Notes: generated by a model from the letters alone, not told the origin. DNA of 64,000 nucleotides from Eledone cirrhosa (GCA_964016885.1 OZ024763.1:4712001-4776000); one strand, 5' to 3'; positions 40,869-53,281 are shown, counted from the stretch's first letter. Made by a program: numbers and translations.

Positions 40869-42681
40869 ATATCCAGTGCTTTTATCGAGAATGACACAGC
40901 TAGAGACTTATAGAATACTTAGCTGTGTACAGGAACTGGTTTGAAAGAGCGGTTGCCGGTCCGGCAGAAATTAGAAATTGGAATAAATGCTCTGAAATAG
41001 CGATATATATGTGAATATAGACATAGAATATTCGAAAATATTCTGTATGTTTATAATAAACATTTTGAAGACCTAATCGCTATAGAATAGAATACGTCAC
41101 GTATTACAATTAGATTCTCGATAAAAGCAAGGGAAGTAATCTACGCGTTTCATTCTCGTTAGAAATCATCAGGACTACATATCCAGTGCTTTTATCGAGA
41201 ATGACACAGCTAGAGACTTATAGAATACTTAGCTGTGTACAGGAACTGGTTTGAAAGAGCGGTTGCCGGTCCGGCAGAAATTAGAAATTGGAATAAATGC
41301 TCTGAAATAGCGATATATATGTGAATATAGACATAGAATATTCGAAAATATTCTGTATGTTTATAATAAACATTTTGAAGACCTAATCGCTATAGAATAG
41401 AATACGTCACGTATTACAATTAGATTCTCGATAAAAGCAAGGGAAGTAATCTACGCGTTTCATTCTCGTTAGAAATCATCAGGACTACATATCCAGTGCT
41501 TTTATCGAGAATGACACAGCTAGAGACTTATAGAATACTTAGCTGTGTACAGGAACTGGTTTGAAAGAGCGGTTGCCGGTCCGGCAGAAATTAGAAATTG
41601 GAATAAATGCTCTGAAATAGCGATATATATGTGAATATAGACATAGAATATTCGAAAATATTCTGTATGTTTATAATAAACATTTTGAAGACCTAATCGC
41701 TATAGAATAGAATACGTCACGTATTACAATTAGATTCTCGATAAAAGCAAGGGAAGTAATCTACGCGTTTCATTCTCGTTAGAAATCATCAGGACTACAT
41801 ATCCAGTGCTTTTATCGAGAATGACACAGCTAGAGACTTATAGAATACTTAGCTGTGTACAGGAACTGGTTTGAAAGAGCGGTTGCCGGTCCGGCAGAAA
41901 TTAGAAATTGGAATAAATGCTCTGAAATAGCGATATATATGTGAATATAGACATAGAATATTCGAAAATATTCTGTATGTTTATAATAAACATTTTGAAG
42001 ACCTAATCGCTATAGAATAGAATACGTCACGTATTACAATTAGATTCTCGATAAAAGCAAGGGAAGTAATCTACGCGTTTCATTCTCGTTAGAAATCATC
42101 AGGACTACATATCCAGTGCTTTTATCGAGAATGACACAGCTAGAGACTTATAGAATACTTAGCTGTGTACAGGAACTGGTTTGAAAGAGCGGTTGCCGGT
42201 CCGGCAGAAATTAGAAATTGGAATAAATGCTCTGAAATAGCGATATATATGTGAATATAGACATAGAATATTCGAAAATATTCTGTATGTTTATAATAAA
42301 CATTTTGAAGACCTAATCGCTATAGAATAGAATACGTCACGTATTACAATTAGATTCTCGATAAAAGCAAGGGAAGTAATCTACGCGTTTCATTCTCGTT
42401 AGAAATCATCAGGACTACATATCCAGTGCTTTTATCGAGAATGACACAGCTAGAGACTTATAGAATACTTAGCTGTGTACAGGAACTGGTTTATTATAAA
42501 CATACAGAATATTTTCGAATATTCTATGTCTATATTCACATATATATCGCTATTTCAGAGCATTTATTCCAATTTCTAATTTCTGCCGGACCGGCAACCG
42601 CTCTTTCAAACCAGTTCCTGTACACAGCTAAGTATTCTATAAGTCTCTAGCTGTGTCATTCTCGATAAAAGCACTGGATAT

Positions 42682-42724
42682 GTAGTCCTGATGATTTCTA
42701 ACGAGAATGAAACGCGTAGATTAC
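42682..42724 (+). ncRNA. Minimal type I hammerhead ribozyme of the 310-nt unit (also 42992-43034 and 43302-43344)
   Basis: GUAGUC-CUGAUGA-U UUCU AACG AGAA U-GAA ACGCGU A|GAUUAC; stem I GUAGUC/GAUUAC; palindromic stem III; predicted GUA cleavage after 42718. Confidence 0.85.
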
Positions 42725-43595
42725 TTCCCTTGCTTTTATCGAGAATCTAATTGTAATACGTGACGTATTCTATTCTATAGCGATTAGGTCTTCAAAATGT
42801 TTATTATAAACATACAGAATATTTTCGAATATTCTATGTCTATATTCACATATATATCGCTATTTCAGAGCATTTATTCCAATTTCTAATTTCTGCCGGA
42901 CCGGCAACCGCTCTTTCAAACCAGTTCCTGTACACAGCTAAGTATTCTATAAGTCTCTAGCTGTGTCATTCTCGATAAAAGCACTGGATATGTAGTCCTG
43001 ATGATTTCTAACGAGAATGAAACGCGTAGATTACTTCCCTTGCTTTTATCGAGAATCTAATTGTAATACGTGACGTATTCTATTCTATAGCGATTAGGTC
43101 TTCAAAATGTTTATTATAAACATACAGAATATTTTCGAATATTCTATGTCTATATTCACATATATATCGCTATTTCAGAGCATTTATTCCAATTTCTAAT
43201 TTCTGCCGGACCGGCAACCGCTCTTTCAAACCAGTTCCTGTACACAGCTAAGTATTCTATAAGTCTCTAGCTGTGTCATTCTCGATAAAAGCACTGGATA
43301 TGTAGTCCTGATGATTTCTAACGAGAATGAAACGCGTAGATTACTTCCCTTGCTTTTATCGAGAATCTAATTGTAATACGTGACGTATTCTATTCTATAG
43401 CGATTAGGTCTTCAAAATGTTTATTATAAACATACAGAATATTTTCGAATATTCTATGTCTATATTCACATATATATCGCTATTTCAGAGCATTTATTCC
43501 AATATATATATATATATATACATATTAATTCAAAATATTAATAAATATAGACATTCACTTAATCAAAATATATTATATATATATATATATATATA

Positions 43596-43720
43596 TAGGA
43601 TCAAGTATGACCCCGACGGCAGAGCTCTGCTTTTCGGTTCCTATTACCCACTCTACTACCCTAAGTATTGAGTACTCTGGTGCGTTATGGTTCTTCTGGT
43701 TCCTTACCACATTTCCTTCG

Positions 43721-43723
<3 letters not shown>
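43596..43723 (+). mobile_element. Family A element with a central deletion
   Basis: Consensus match. Confidence 0.75.
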
Positions 43724-43759
<36 letters not shown>

Positions 43760-44262
43760 GGAAAAATTTGAACAGGAACAAAACAGAGAGGCAGTACAAC
43801 GAATGTCTATTAATTTCACGCTCTGGAGAGTGGGGTGGTGGTGGGGAACGACGTTTCGGGCATAAGCCCTTCCTCGGGTGAGAAGTGTGTGGGAACAGAG
43901 TTCAAAGGGTGTGTAGGGGAGTGGTGGAGACACATATAGCGAAAGGAAACGGTGCGAATGATATATATATAGTCACATGCTTACTGAGATATATACATAC
44001 ATATGCAAATATACTTGCACAGATATATACATACATGTGCAAATATACTTGCACAGATATATACATACATATACATACATGTACACATATACTTGCACAG
44101 ATATATACATACATATACATACATGTACAAATATACACATACTTACACGTATGACGATCTCGTTGCTACTACTCTTGTTGTTGCTGATATTATTGTTGTT
44201 GTATATCTGTGTTAGTATGTATAGACATACTATAGATATATACGCCCATATATATATATATA

Positions 44263-44460
44263 ATAATTGTTTCTACTTTTTGGCACAAGGCCAGCAATTA
44301 TCTCAGTGTATTACTGGTACTTTATGTTATCGACGCCCCGTAAGGATGAAAGGCAAAGTTAACCTCGGCGGGATTTGAACTCAGATCATAAAGGGACGTA
44401 ACTCTATGCTTCAAAACATGGCGCCGCCCGACTCTCTACCGATATTGACAATCCACCGCC
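44263..44460 (-). mobile_element. Full-length SINE family 1
   Basis: Consensus match. Confidence 0.88.
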
Positions 44461-44469
44461 TTTTATGTA

Positions 44470-45127
44470 TAATAATAACAACAGCAATAATATCAACAAC
44501 AGCAATAATAACAATAACAACAACAATAGCAATAACAACAACAACAGCAACAATAACAACAACAATAGCAATACCAACAACAACAACAGCAACAGCAATA
44601 ATAACAATAACAACAACAATAGCAATAACAACAACAACAACAATAGCAATAACAACAACAACAACAACAAAAGCAACAACAACAATAGCAATACCAACAA
44701 CAGCAACAACAACAACAACAATAGCAATACCAACAACAGCAACAGCAACAACAATAGCAACAACAACAAAAGCAACAACTACAACAACAATAGCAATACC
44801 AACAACAACAACAACAACAATAGCAATAACAACAACAAAAACAACAACAACAACAATAGCAATAACAACAACAACAATAACAACAAAAACAACAACGGCG
44901 GCAACAGCAACAATATCAACAACAGCAGCAGCAATAACAACAAAACTAAGAACAACAACAACAGCAACAACAACAACAACAACAATAACAACAAAAACAG
45001 CAACGGCGGCAACAGCAACAATAACAACAACAGCAGCAATAACAACAAAACTAAGAACAGCAGCAATACCAACAACAACAACAACAACAACAATAGCAAT
45101 AACAACAACAACAACAACAACAACAAC
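44470..45127. repeat. (CAA)n/(CAATAG) microsatellite
   Basis: Direct reading; explains the poly-N/T/L/V ORFs. Confidence 0.95.
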
Positions 45128-45612
45128 GTAATTAAAAAGCACAATTGGGAGAATCACCTGAAATTGACAAGACGGTGGAGGGATATCCCCGGGTGGTGAC
45201 CAGCTGGAGCTCAATGGAAGGTAATACAGCCGAGGATAAAAGACTGAGAGAAGCGGGTGGGAGAGGTGTGGACGTGGGTGGGAGATTCGTTTGGGGTCGC
45301 ACAGGGGTTATAAGTGCGCCCCTTCTGGTCACTGAAGCATGGCAGGGTAATTTGGGCCTCTTGTCCCCTTCAATTTTTTTTCTGATCTTTCTACGTGTGG
45401 GAGGGGGACTGTGTAGGGGGGGGGGGGCGTGTGTGGGGGGAGGTCTGGGGTGATGTTATATTGTGTTGTTGGGGATTTGTATATAAATATTGATAGATAG
45501 ATTTCTTTATTAGCCACAAGGGCGCAACAAGAAAAGGGGACAATACAAAGACATGCCGGGGATTTTACATACAGTCGTGTAAAAAATATAAAAACAAACA
45601 ATTTCAACAATC

Positions 45613-45614
<2 letters not shown>

Positions 45615-45697
<83 letters not shown>

Positions 45698-45738
45698 ATA
45701 TATATATATACATAGAGAGAGAGAGAGAGAGAGAGATG

Positions 45739-45771
<33 letters not shown>

Positions 45772-45773
45772 TG

Positions 45774-45812
<39 letters not shown>

Positions 45813-45870
45813 TGATATATATATATAGAGAGAGAGATGATATATATATATATAGAGAGAGAGAGAGATG

Positions 45871-45903
<33 letters not shown>

Positions 45904-45965
45904 TTATATATATATATATAGAGAGAGAGAGAGATGATATATATATATATATAGAGAGAGAGATG

Positions 45966-45998
<33 letters not shown>

Positions 45999-46136
45999 TT
46001 GTGTGTTGAATGTGTGTATGTATATGTGTGGTTGTATGTTGTGTGTTGGGAGTATATATGTGTATGTCAGTGTAGTTGTATGTATGTGTGCGTTGGTGGT
46101 TTATATATATATATATGTATGTGTGTGTGTTGGTGG

Positions 46137-46173
<37 letters not shown>

Positions 46174-46586
46174 TGGTGGTATATATATATATATGTGTGT
46201 GTGTGTATTGGTGGTATATATATATATGTATATATATGTGTGTTGGTGGTATATATATATGTGTGTGAGTGTGTGTTGGTGGTATATATATATGTGTGTT
46301 GGTGATATATATATGTGCGTGTGTATGTCAGTGTAGTTGTATGTGTGTGTGATAGTGGTATATATATGTGTGTGTGTATGTCAGTGGTTGTATATGTGTG
46401 TGTGTGTTGGTGGTTGTATGTGTGTGTGTGTGTTGGTGGTATATATATGTGTGTGTGTATGTCAGTGGTTGTATATGTGTGTGTGTGTTGGTGGTATATA
46501 TATATGTGTGTGTGTATGTCAGTGGTTGTATATGTGTGTGTGTGTGTCAGTCTGGTTGTATATGTGTGTGTGTGTGTCAGTCTGGT

Positions 46587-46627
<41 letters not shown>

Positions 46628-46663
46628 TGGCGGTATATATATGTGTGTGTGTATGTCAGTGGT

Positions 46664-46694
<31 letters not shown>

Positions 46695-46700
46695 TGGTGG
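45615..46700. repeat. Compound (TA)/(GA) then (TG)/(TA) minisatellites
   Basis: Direct reading. Confidence 0.9.
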
Positions 46701-46742
46701 TACAATAATTGCTGTCACTGTGTCTAAATTATAAGCAATTAA

Positions 46743-46933
46743 TAATTGTTTCTACTCTTGGCACAAGGCCAGCAATAACCCCAGTGTATTACTGGTACTT
46801 TATTTTATCGACCCCGTAAGGATGAAAGGCAAAGTTAACTTCGGCGGGATTTGAACACAGAATGGCAAGGGCCGTAACTCTATGCGTCAAAGCATGGCGT
46901 CCGAACCTCTACCGACACTGCCAATCCACCGCC
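46743..46933 (-). mobile_element. Full-length SINE family 1
   Basis: Consensus match. Confidence 0.88.
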
Positions 46934-47231
46934 TATAATAATAATAATTTCATTTATTGGCCACAAGGGCCGACGTATAGGGGACAGTACAAAGGCAGGG
47001 ACAGTTGGGGGGGGGGGGGGGGGGGGTTACAATAAAATTGAGGGGAAATACGCATTAACAAAGAAAAAATAATAAAATATAAAATATAATAATAATTTCT
47101 TTATAAAATATAATAATAGTAGTGTTTTCTTTATTAATTACAAGGGTTGACATAAAATATAACATTAAGGACAGCACAGGATGGTGCAAATGCGCATTTC
47201 TGCATGTAAAAAAAATTATATATATATATAA

Positions 47232-47541
47232 TTGGTGTTGGATGCAGTAGGCCGTATGGGCACTCGATGCTCGCATAGAGCAGAGTATGATGTCACAGAA
47301 AAAAAGAGAATCAGTGTTACGACGAATAGGAATTTATTGGATATATTACAATCGTTTCTCTGGCGACCAGCTCGAGGCACGATCAAGACGTAGAATCAAA
47401 ACGTATCTGAGGACCTTGCGATTTTCAGAGTCAGGTTCCATCATCACATCGATCGTGACTCGAGCTGGTCGCCAGAGAAACGATTGTAATATGTCCCATA
47501 AATTCCAATCGTCGTAACACTGGTTCTCTTTTTTTCTGTGA
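47232..47541. mobile_element. Family E fold-back element (~92-bp inverted arms, one-sided tail) in (TA)n
   Basis: 47292-47384 is approximately the reverse complement of 47451-47541; CUGG UCG CCAG-A-GAAACGAUUGUA half-ribozyme. Confidence 0.7.
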
Positions 47542-48680
47542 TATATATATATATATATAAATAGGAAACGCTCCACGAGAATGTCAGAATAAATTCTTTT
47601 CATGGGGTCCTTCGATAGCCTCCAAATGCCGCGGGGAACCTTTTCTTTAATGTTGTGTAATTTCATCTGACAGATTTCAATTATTTTTCGGTAGTTTGTA
47701 TGTAATTTCTTTCTGTGATGTTGGTGTGGTGTTAAATGAAATTTATGAGTTTTTGTTCCCTGTCTATAGCTGTATATTGTTACTGCTTCTGTGATGTTGG
47801 TGCTTTCTGCGTTTGCTGTGGTGTTGCTGGACGTGACGATGGAGTAGATGATAATAATGGCGGTCGTGGTAGTGTCGGTGGATGGAAGAGGGGGCTGTTG
47901 ATGGTGATGGTAGTGGGGTCGTTGACTTTTAAAATTTTTTTGCTTTTTGCTTTTTCCTTTTCTATTTTGGAGGGCGAAGGTAGGGAGTTCTTTCTTTTTT
48001 TTTTTTTGTTTTTACTTCTACAGTTTTCCACCCTTCGGTGTCATCACACACTCTGTCCGATTTCGTGATATCGAAGGGGTATGCTCTCCATTGGTCTTGT
48101 TGGTGGTGGTGGAGTGGAGATGGTGTTTTTATCGTTGGTGTTACCGGTGCTGGTAGGTTTTCTGTCACTGCGGCTTCGGGTGGTTTGATCATTCCAGTCG
48201 CGGGAAACGGCGAAAGGAGAAGAGGGGAATGCGTGCCCGACTTGTTGAGTTTGGGATCAAAAGGTGCGTTTTGTCTCCGCTCCCCCGTGACACCCTGGCT
48301 GTCTACCTTCAACAGTCACGGATAGATGGCTGCCGTCGTCCAGGTCGATCACTTCGGGGATGGCCTCTTTGCTTTCATGGTTTGATTGAATGATTAACTC
48401 CATCCCCGAGCCAGACCAGTTTTCTTGTCTGATGCGCATGACGTCTAAGATTGTTGTTGTTTCTTAAGCGTCTTCGAGGATCTTCAAGCGATCTCCGCTG
48501 AGGGCGGAAGCTGGGTCACTCTGACCCTCACAACTCTCTGGCCGCAGTATGTCGGCTGCCAGAGTGAAGGGTACGGAGGTGTCATGGGGGTGGTTGTGTG
48601 TGTGTGTGTACCGAAGAGAAGAAATTGGTAGATCTGAGTGGCTTCAGTCTATGTGGGCACATTGGTATCTGTGAGTATGC

Positions 48681-48847
48681 GTGTGGGGCCTTTTCTGCAG
48701 TTTCAATGTATGTGAGTACGATTGTGTGTGTGTGTGTGTGTGTGTGTGTATTATCACGTGTGTGTGCGAGTGTGTTTATTCGCGGGTGTATATAGGTGAT
48801 TTCTTTATTGTTTCTGTGAACATGAGTGTGTATGTATGTGTGCGCGC

Positions 48848-48884
<37 letters not shown>

Positions 48885-49123
48885 TGTGTTGATGACTGTG
48901 TATTATCTGTTGAAGGATGCATTTGTGTGTGTGTGTGTGTGTGTGGGGCCTTTTCTGCAGTTTCAATGTATGTGAGTACGATTGTGTGTGTGTGTGTGTG
49001 AGTGTATGTGTGTGTGTGTGCGTGTATTATCACGTGTGTGTGCGAGTGTGTTTATTCGCGGGTGTATATAGGTGATTTCTTTATTGTTTCTGTGAACATG
49101 AGTGTGTATGTATGTGCGCGCGC

Positions 49124-49175
<52 letters not shown>

Positions 49176-49264
49176 TATCACGTGTGTGTGCGAGTGTGTT
49201 TATTCGCGGGTGTATATAGGTGATTTCTTTATTGTTTCTGTGAACATGAGTGTGTATGTATGTA

Positions 49265-49333
<69 letters not shown>

Positions 49334-49400
49334 CTGTGTTGATGACTGTGTATTATCTGTTGAAGGATGCATTTGTGTGTGTGTGTGTGTGTGTTTATGT
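48681..49400. repeat. Local tandem duplications of a (TG)n-punctuated unit (three copies of TATTATCACG...GTGAACATGAG)
   Basis: Direct reading. Confidence 0.8.
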
Positions 49401-49456
49401 TTGGGTATGTCTGCGTGCCCGTCCGTGTCTATGTGACTTCGTTCTATTGTGTTTAC

Positions 49457-49487
<31 letters not shown>

Positions 49488-49567
49488 CACATGTGTGTGA
49501 GATGATTGTGAGTATGTGTGTATGGAGGTGAGTGTTGTGGTTGTATTTGGTCACTTAGCGGAAAGAT

Positions 49568-51605
49568 ATGTACATGAGTGCCGTGGATTGGCAGAATCGG
49601 TAGAGGGTCGGACGCCATGCTTTGCAGCGAAGAGTTACGGCCCTTTATGGTCTGAGTTCAAATCCCGCCGAGGTTAACTTTGCCTTTCATCCTTATGGGG
49701 TCGATAAAATAAAGTACCAGTCACGCACTGGGGTCGATTTAATCGACTTTCCCCTCCCCCAAATTACTGGCCTTGTGCCTATATAAGAAGCCATTATGTA
49801 CATGAGTGCCGTGGATTGGCAGAATCGGTAGAGGGTCGGACGCCATGCTTTGCAGCGAAGAGTTACGGCCCTTTATGGTCTGAGTTCAAATCCCGCCGAG
49901 GTTAACTTTGCCTTTCATCCTTATGGGGTCGATAAAATAAAGTACCAGTCACGCACTGGGGTCGATTTAATCGACTTTCCCCTCCCCCAAATTACTGGCC
50001 TTGTGCCTATATAAGAAGCCATTATGTACATGAGTGCCGTGGATTGGCAGAATCGGTAGAGGGTCGGACGCCATGCTTTGCAGCGAAGAGTTACGGCCCT
50101 TTATGGTCTGAGTTCAAATCCCGCCGAGGTTAACTTTGCCTTTCATCCTTATGGGGTCGATAAAATAAAGTACCAGTCACGCACTGGGGTCGATTTAATC
50201 GACTTTCCCCTCCCCCAAATTACTGGCCTTGTGCCTATATAAGAAGCCATTATGTACATGAGTGCCGTGGATTGGCAGAATCGGTAGAGGGTCGGACGCC
50301 ATGCTTTGCAGCGAAGAGTTACGGCCCTTTATGGTGTGAGTTCAAATCCCGCCGAGGTTAACTTTGCCTTTCATCCTTATGGGGTCGATAAAATAAAGTA
50401 CCAGTCACGCACTGGGGTCGATTTAATCGACTTTCCCCTCCCCCAAATTACTGGCCTTGTGCCTATATAAGAAGCCATTATGTACATGAGTGCCGTGGAT
50501 TGGCAGAATCGGTAGAGGGTCGGACGCCATGCTTTGCAGCGAAGAGTTACGGCCCTTTATGGTGTGAGTTCAAATCCCGCCGAGGTTAACTTTGCCTTTC
50601 ATCCTTATGGGGTCGATAAAATAAAGTACCAGTCACGCACTGGGGTCGATTTAATCGACTTTCCCCTCCCCCAAATTACTGGCCTTGTGCCTATATAAGA
50701 AGCCATTATGTACATGAGTGCCGTGGATTGGCAGAATCGGTAGAGGGTCGGACGCCATGCTTTGCAGCGAAGAGTTACGGCCCTTTATGGTGTGAGTTCA
50801 AATCCCGCCGAGGTTAACTTTGCCTTTCATCCTTATGGGGTCGATAAAATAAAGTACCAGTCACGCACTGGGGTCGATTTAATCGACTTTCCCCTCCCCC
50901 AAATTACTGGCCTTGTGCCTATATAAGAAGCCATTATGTACATGAGTGCCGTGGATTGGCAGAATCGGTAGAGGGTCGGACGCCATGCTTTGCAGCGAAG
51001 AGTTACGGCCCTTTATGGTCTGAGTTCAAATCCCGCCGAGGTTAACTTTGCCTTTCATCCTTATGGGGTCGATAAAATAAAGTACCAGTCACGCACTGGG
51101 GTCGATTTAATCGACTTTCCCCTCCCCCAAATTACTGGCCTTGTGCCTATATAAGAAGCCATTATGTACATGAGTGCCGTGGATTGGCAGAATCGGTAGA
51201 GGGTCGGACGCCATGCTTTGCAGCGAAGAGTTACGGCCCTTTATGGTGTGAGTTCAAATCCCGCCGAGGTTAACTTTGCCTTTCATCCTTATGGGGTCGA
51301 TAAAATAAAGTACCAGTCACGCACTGGGGTCGATTTAATCGACTTTCCCCTCCCCCAAATTACTGGCCTTGTGCCTATATAAGAAGCCATTATGTACATG
51401 AGTGCCGTGGATTGGCAGAATCGGTAGAGGGTCGGACGCCATGCTTTGCAGCGAAGAGTTACGGCCCTTTATGGTCTGAGTTCAAATCCCGCCGAGGTTA
51501 ACTTTGCCTTTCATCCATACGAGGTCGATAAAATAAAGTACCAGTAATACACTGAGGTAATTGCTGGCCTTGTGCCTAAAGTAGAAACAATTATGTTCAT
51601 GAGTG
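49568..51605 (+). repeat. Tandem array of 9 full SINEs, period 228 bp, each separated by TATGTACATGAGTG
   Basis: TACATGAGTG at 49571, 49799, 50027, 50255, 50483, 50711, 50939, 51167 and 51395. Confidence 0.93.
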
Positions 51606-51685
51606 TGTGGGTGGATGTGTCCGTGTGTGTGGGGGGGGGGGTATGTGTGTGTGTGTCTGTCTGTGTGTGTGTGTATGTGTGTGTG

Positions 51686-51721
<36 letters not shown>

Positions 51722-51728
51722 GGAGTAT

Positions 51729-53087
51729 TTACGTAAAATCCAGGATAGAGATGTGGTCGAATACTCGCAGAGCGAAGCCAAGGAAGGTTTTGTCAGGGCG
51801 GAAGTGGAGGGGAGGGGTAGGTGGTGGCGTACGCAGAACGGAAGTGAGTTGGAAGAGGGCTGTGGTGGTAGGGGGTGTGTGTGTGTATGTGTTTAGTGGT
51901 AGGTTCAGTGGTGGTAGAGAGCAAAGTATGTCTGCGTGGTGGGGTGCGGAGCGAAGGATGATGGCCGGTGAGGTAGGGGGGGGGGTTAGTGGGTTTAGTA
52001 GGGGTGATGGGTTAGTCAGCGATGTAGATGGGGTGAATGGAGGGTCAAAGGGAGGGACAGGTGAACTGTTAGTGTGTGAGAGGAGTGTGTGACTGTTCCC
52101 CATGCTTCTAGCTATACGAGCGTATACGTTAGTATGTGTGTGTGTGTGTGTGTGTGTGGTAATGTCGTGATTGTAAGTGTTGGGTGTGTGCGGAGGTGGG
52201 GGTGCGGGTTAGTAGTATTATTGGTGAGTGGTGGTCCGTTAGTAGATTACCGGGTGCTACGTAAAGGAGAAGTGGGGCTAGGTAGTAACGGGTGTAGGTG
52301 TGTGGGATGATGGAGAGGTGGAACGTGTGGGTGTGTAGCGGTGTGCGGGGGATGGGGGAGGGGGGGGGTGAGCTAAAGGAAGATAGGGTGCGGCGGAGTG
52401 TAGATCGTTGCCGGGGTCCGGGTTTGGAGACAGAACATCGTGCGCTGCTCATGTCCAAGGCGTGAGTTCGACACTCCGGAACACGCAATAAGGCTGAGAG
52501 GGTGCGTCGGGCGGAGTGTCCGGCGGAGAGGAAGTGTCGGGCGAACGTTGATTGGCTGCCAAGCCAAATGTTCTGGAGGTACTTGGTGAACTGGTCCGCC
52601 AATCGTTGTCCTGTCTGTCCGATGTTGGCAGCTCCACATAGCGGGCAATGGAGAAGGTGCAGCGCGGAAGGAGTATTGAACTCGGAGGGATTTGGCTGTT
52701 GGGCCCAGGGAAGGTGTCGGTTGGTGGTGGTGGTGTTGGTGGTGTTGGTGATGTGAATGCATGTGTGGCAGTGGGATCGGGAGCATGGAAAGCATGCGGG
52801 GGTAGGAATTGGGAGAGAGGAAGGGCTCTAAGGACGAGGAGGTTCCGGAGGTTGCGTGAGTTGAGTGCTCGAAGGTCGATGGAGACACAAAGATGTCCTC
52901 GAGGTGAACAGAGGTTGTGGGGATGGAGGTGGAAAAGAGTGAAGCTGTTCTCGGGTGAGTGAGATGGCGCTGATGCAGTCGTCAATGTAACGGCTGTATA
53001 GCTCGGGGATGGGGGCCAGTGTATTAGACAAAGATTTGGGTCTCAACGTAGCCGACAAATAGGTTGGCGTAGTTAGGGCCCATTCTT

Positions 53088-53089
<2 letters not shown>
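51729..53089 (-). pseudogene. Degenerate Penelope-like retroelement, Neptune type (RT, Zn finger, GIY-YIG region, probable pLTR)
   Basis: TRMGPNYANLFVGYVE...PELYSRYIDDCISA (RT); NLRNLLV; CFPCSRSHCHTCIHI (Cys linker); ADQFTKYLQNI..STFARHFLSAGHS and RLGHEQRTMFCLQT (GIY-YIG C-terminal half); stops, frameshifts and an internal deletion. Confidence 0.8.
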
Positions 53090-53137
<48 letters not shown>

Positions 53138-53245
53138 TAAACGGAAAAGAAAATGCTGACAAATTGTTCCCAGTGAAAAATAGTTTAATTAGGAATAAGT
53201 AAAAATTAGTAATAGTATTGGTTAGTATTCAGTTTTAGTTTTAAG

Positions 53246-53281
53246 TTTTACCGGTTGCGCATTTCCAATGCTTTTCAAAAA
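53246..53281 (-). ncRNA. Minimal HHR, UUGAAAA-core lineage, with GAAA changed to GCAA
   Basis: UUU-UUGAAAA-GCAUU GGA AAUGC-GCA ACCGGU A|AAA, inside a TA-flanked ~325-bp insert. Confidence 0.5.

Larger units (their letters stand above)
40702..43503. mobile_element. Retrozyme-like array: ~5.8 tandem 310-bp units (HHR sense on minus) joined head-to-head to ~3.3 units (HHR sense on plus), in (TA)n
   Basis: TGAATATAGACATAG at 40702, 41012, 41322, 41632, 41942 and 42252; inversion at 42489-42492 (GTTT microhomology); units appear identical by eye. Confidence 0.92.

Noticed and set aside
43847-43880. Minimal HHR-like motif CCGAGGA-AGGGC UUAU GCCC-GAAACGUC (minus)
   Set aside because: U4C core change and only a 2-bp stem I; probably a dead PLE remnant, so not called as a ribozyme
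44404-45214. Poly-Asn/Thr/Leu/Val ORFs
   Set aside because: (CAA)n microsatellite, open in several frames
47560-48560. Moderately GC-rich stretch with several short ORFs
   Set aside because: No recognisable domain; possibly a retroelement 5' region but unsupported
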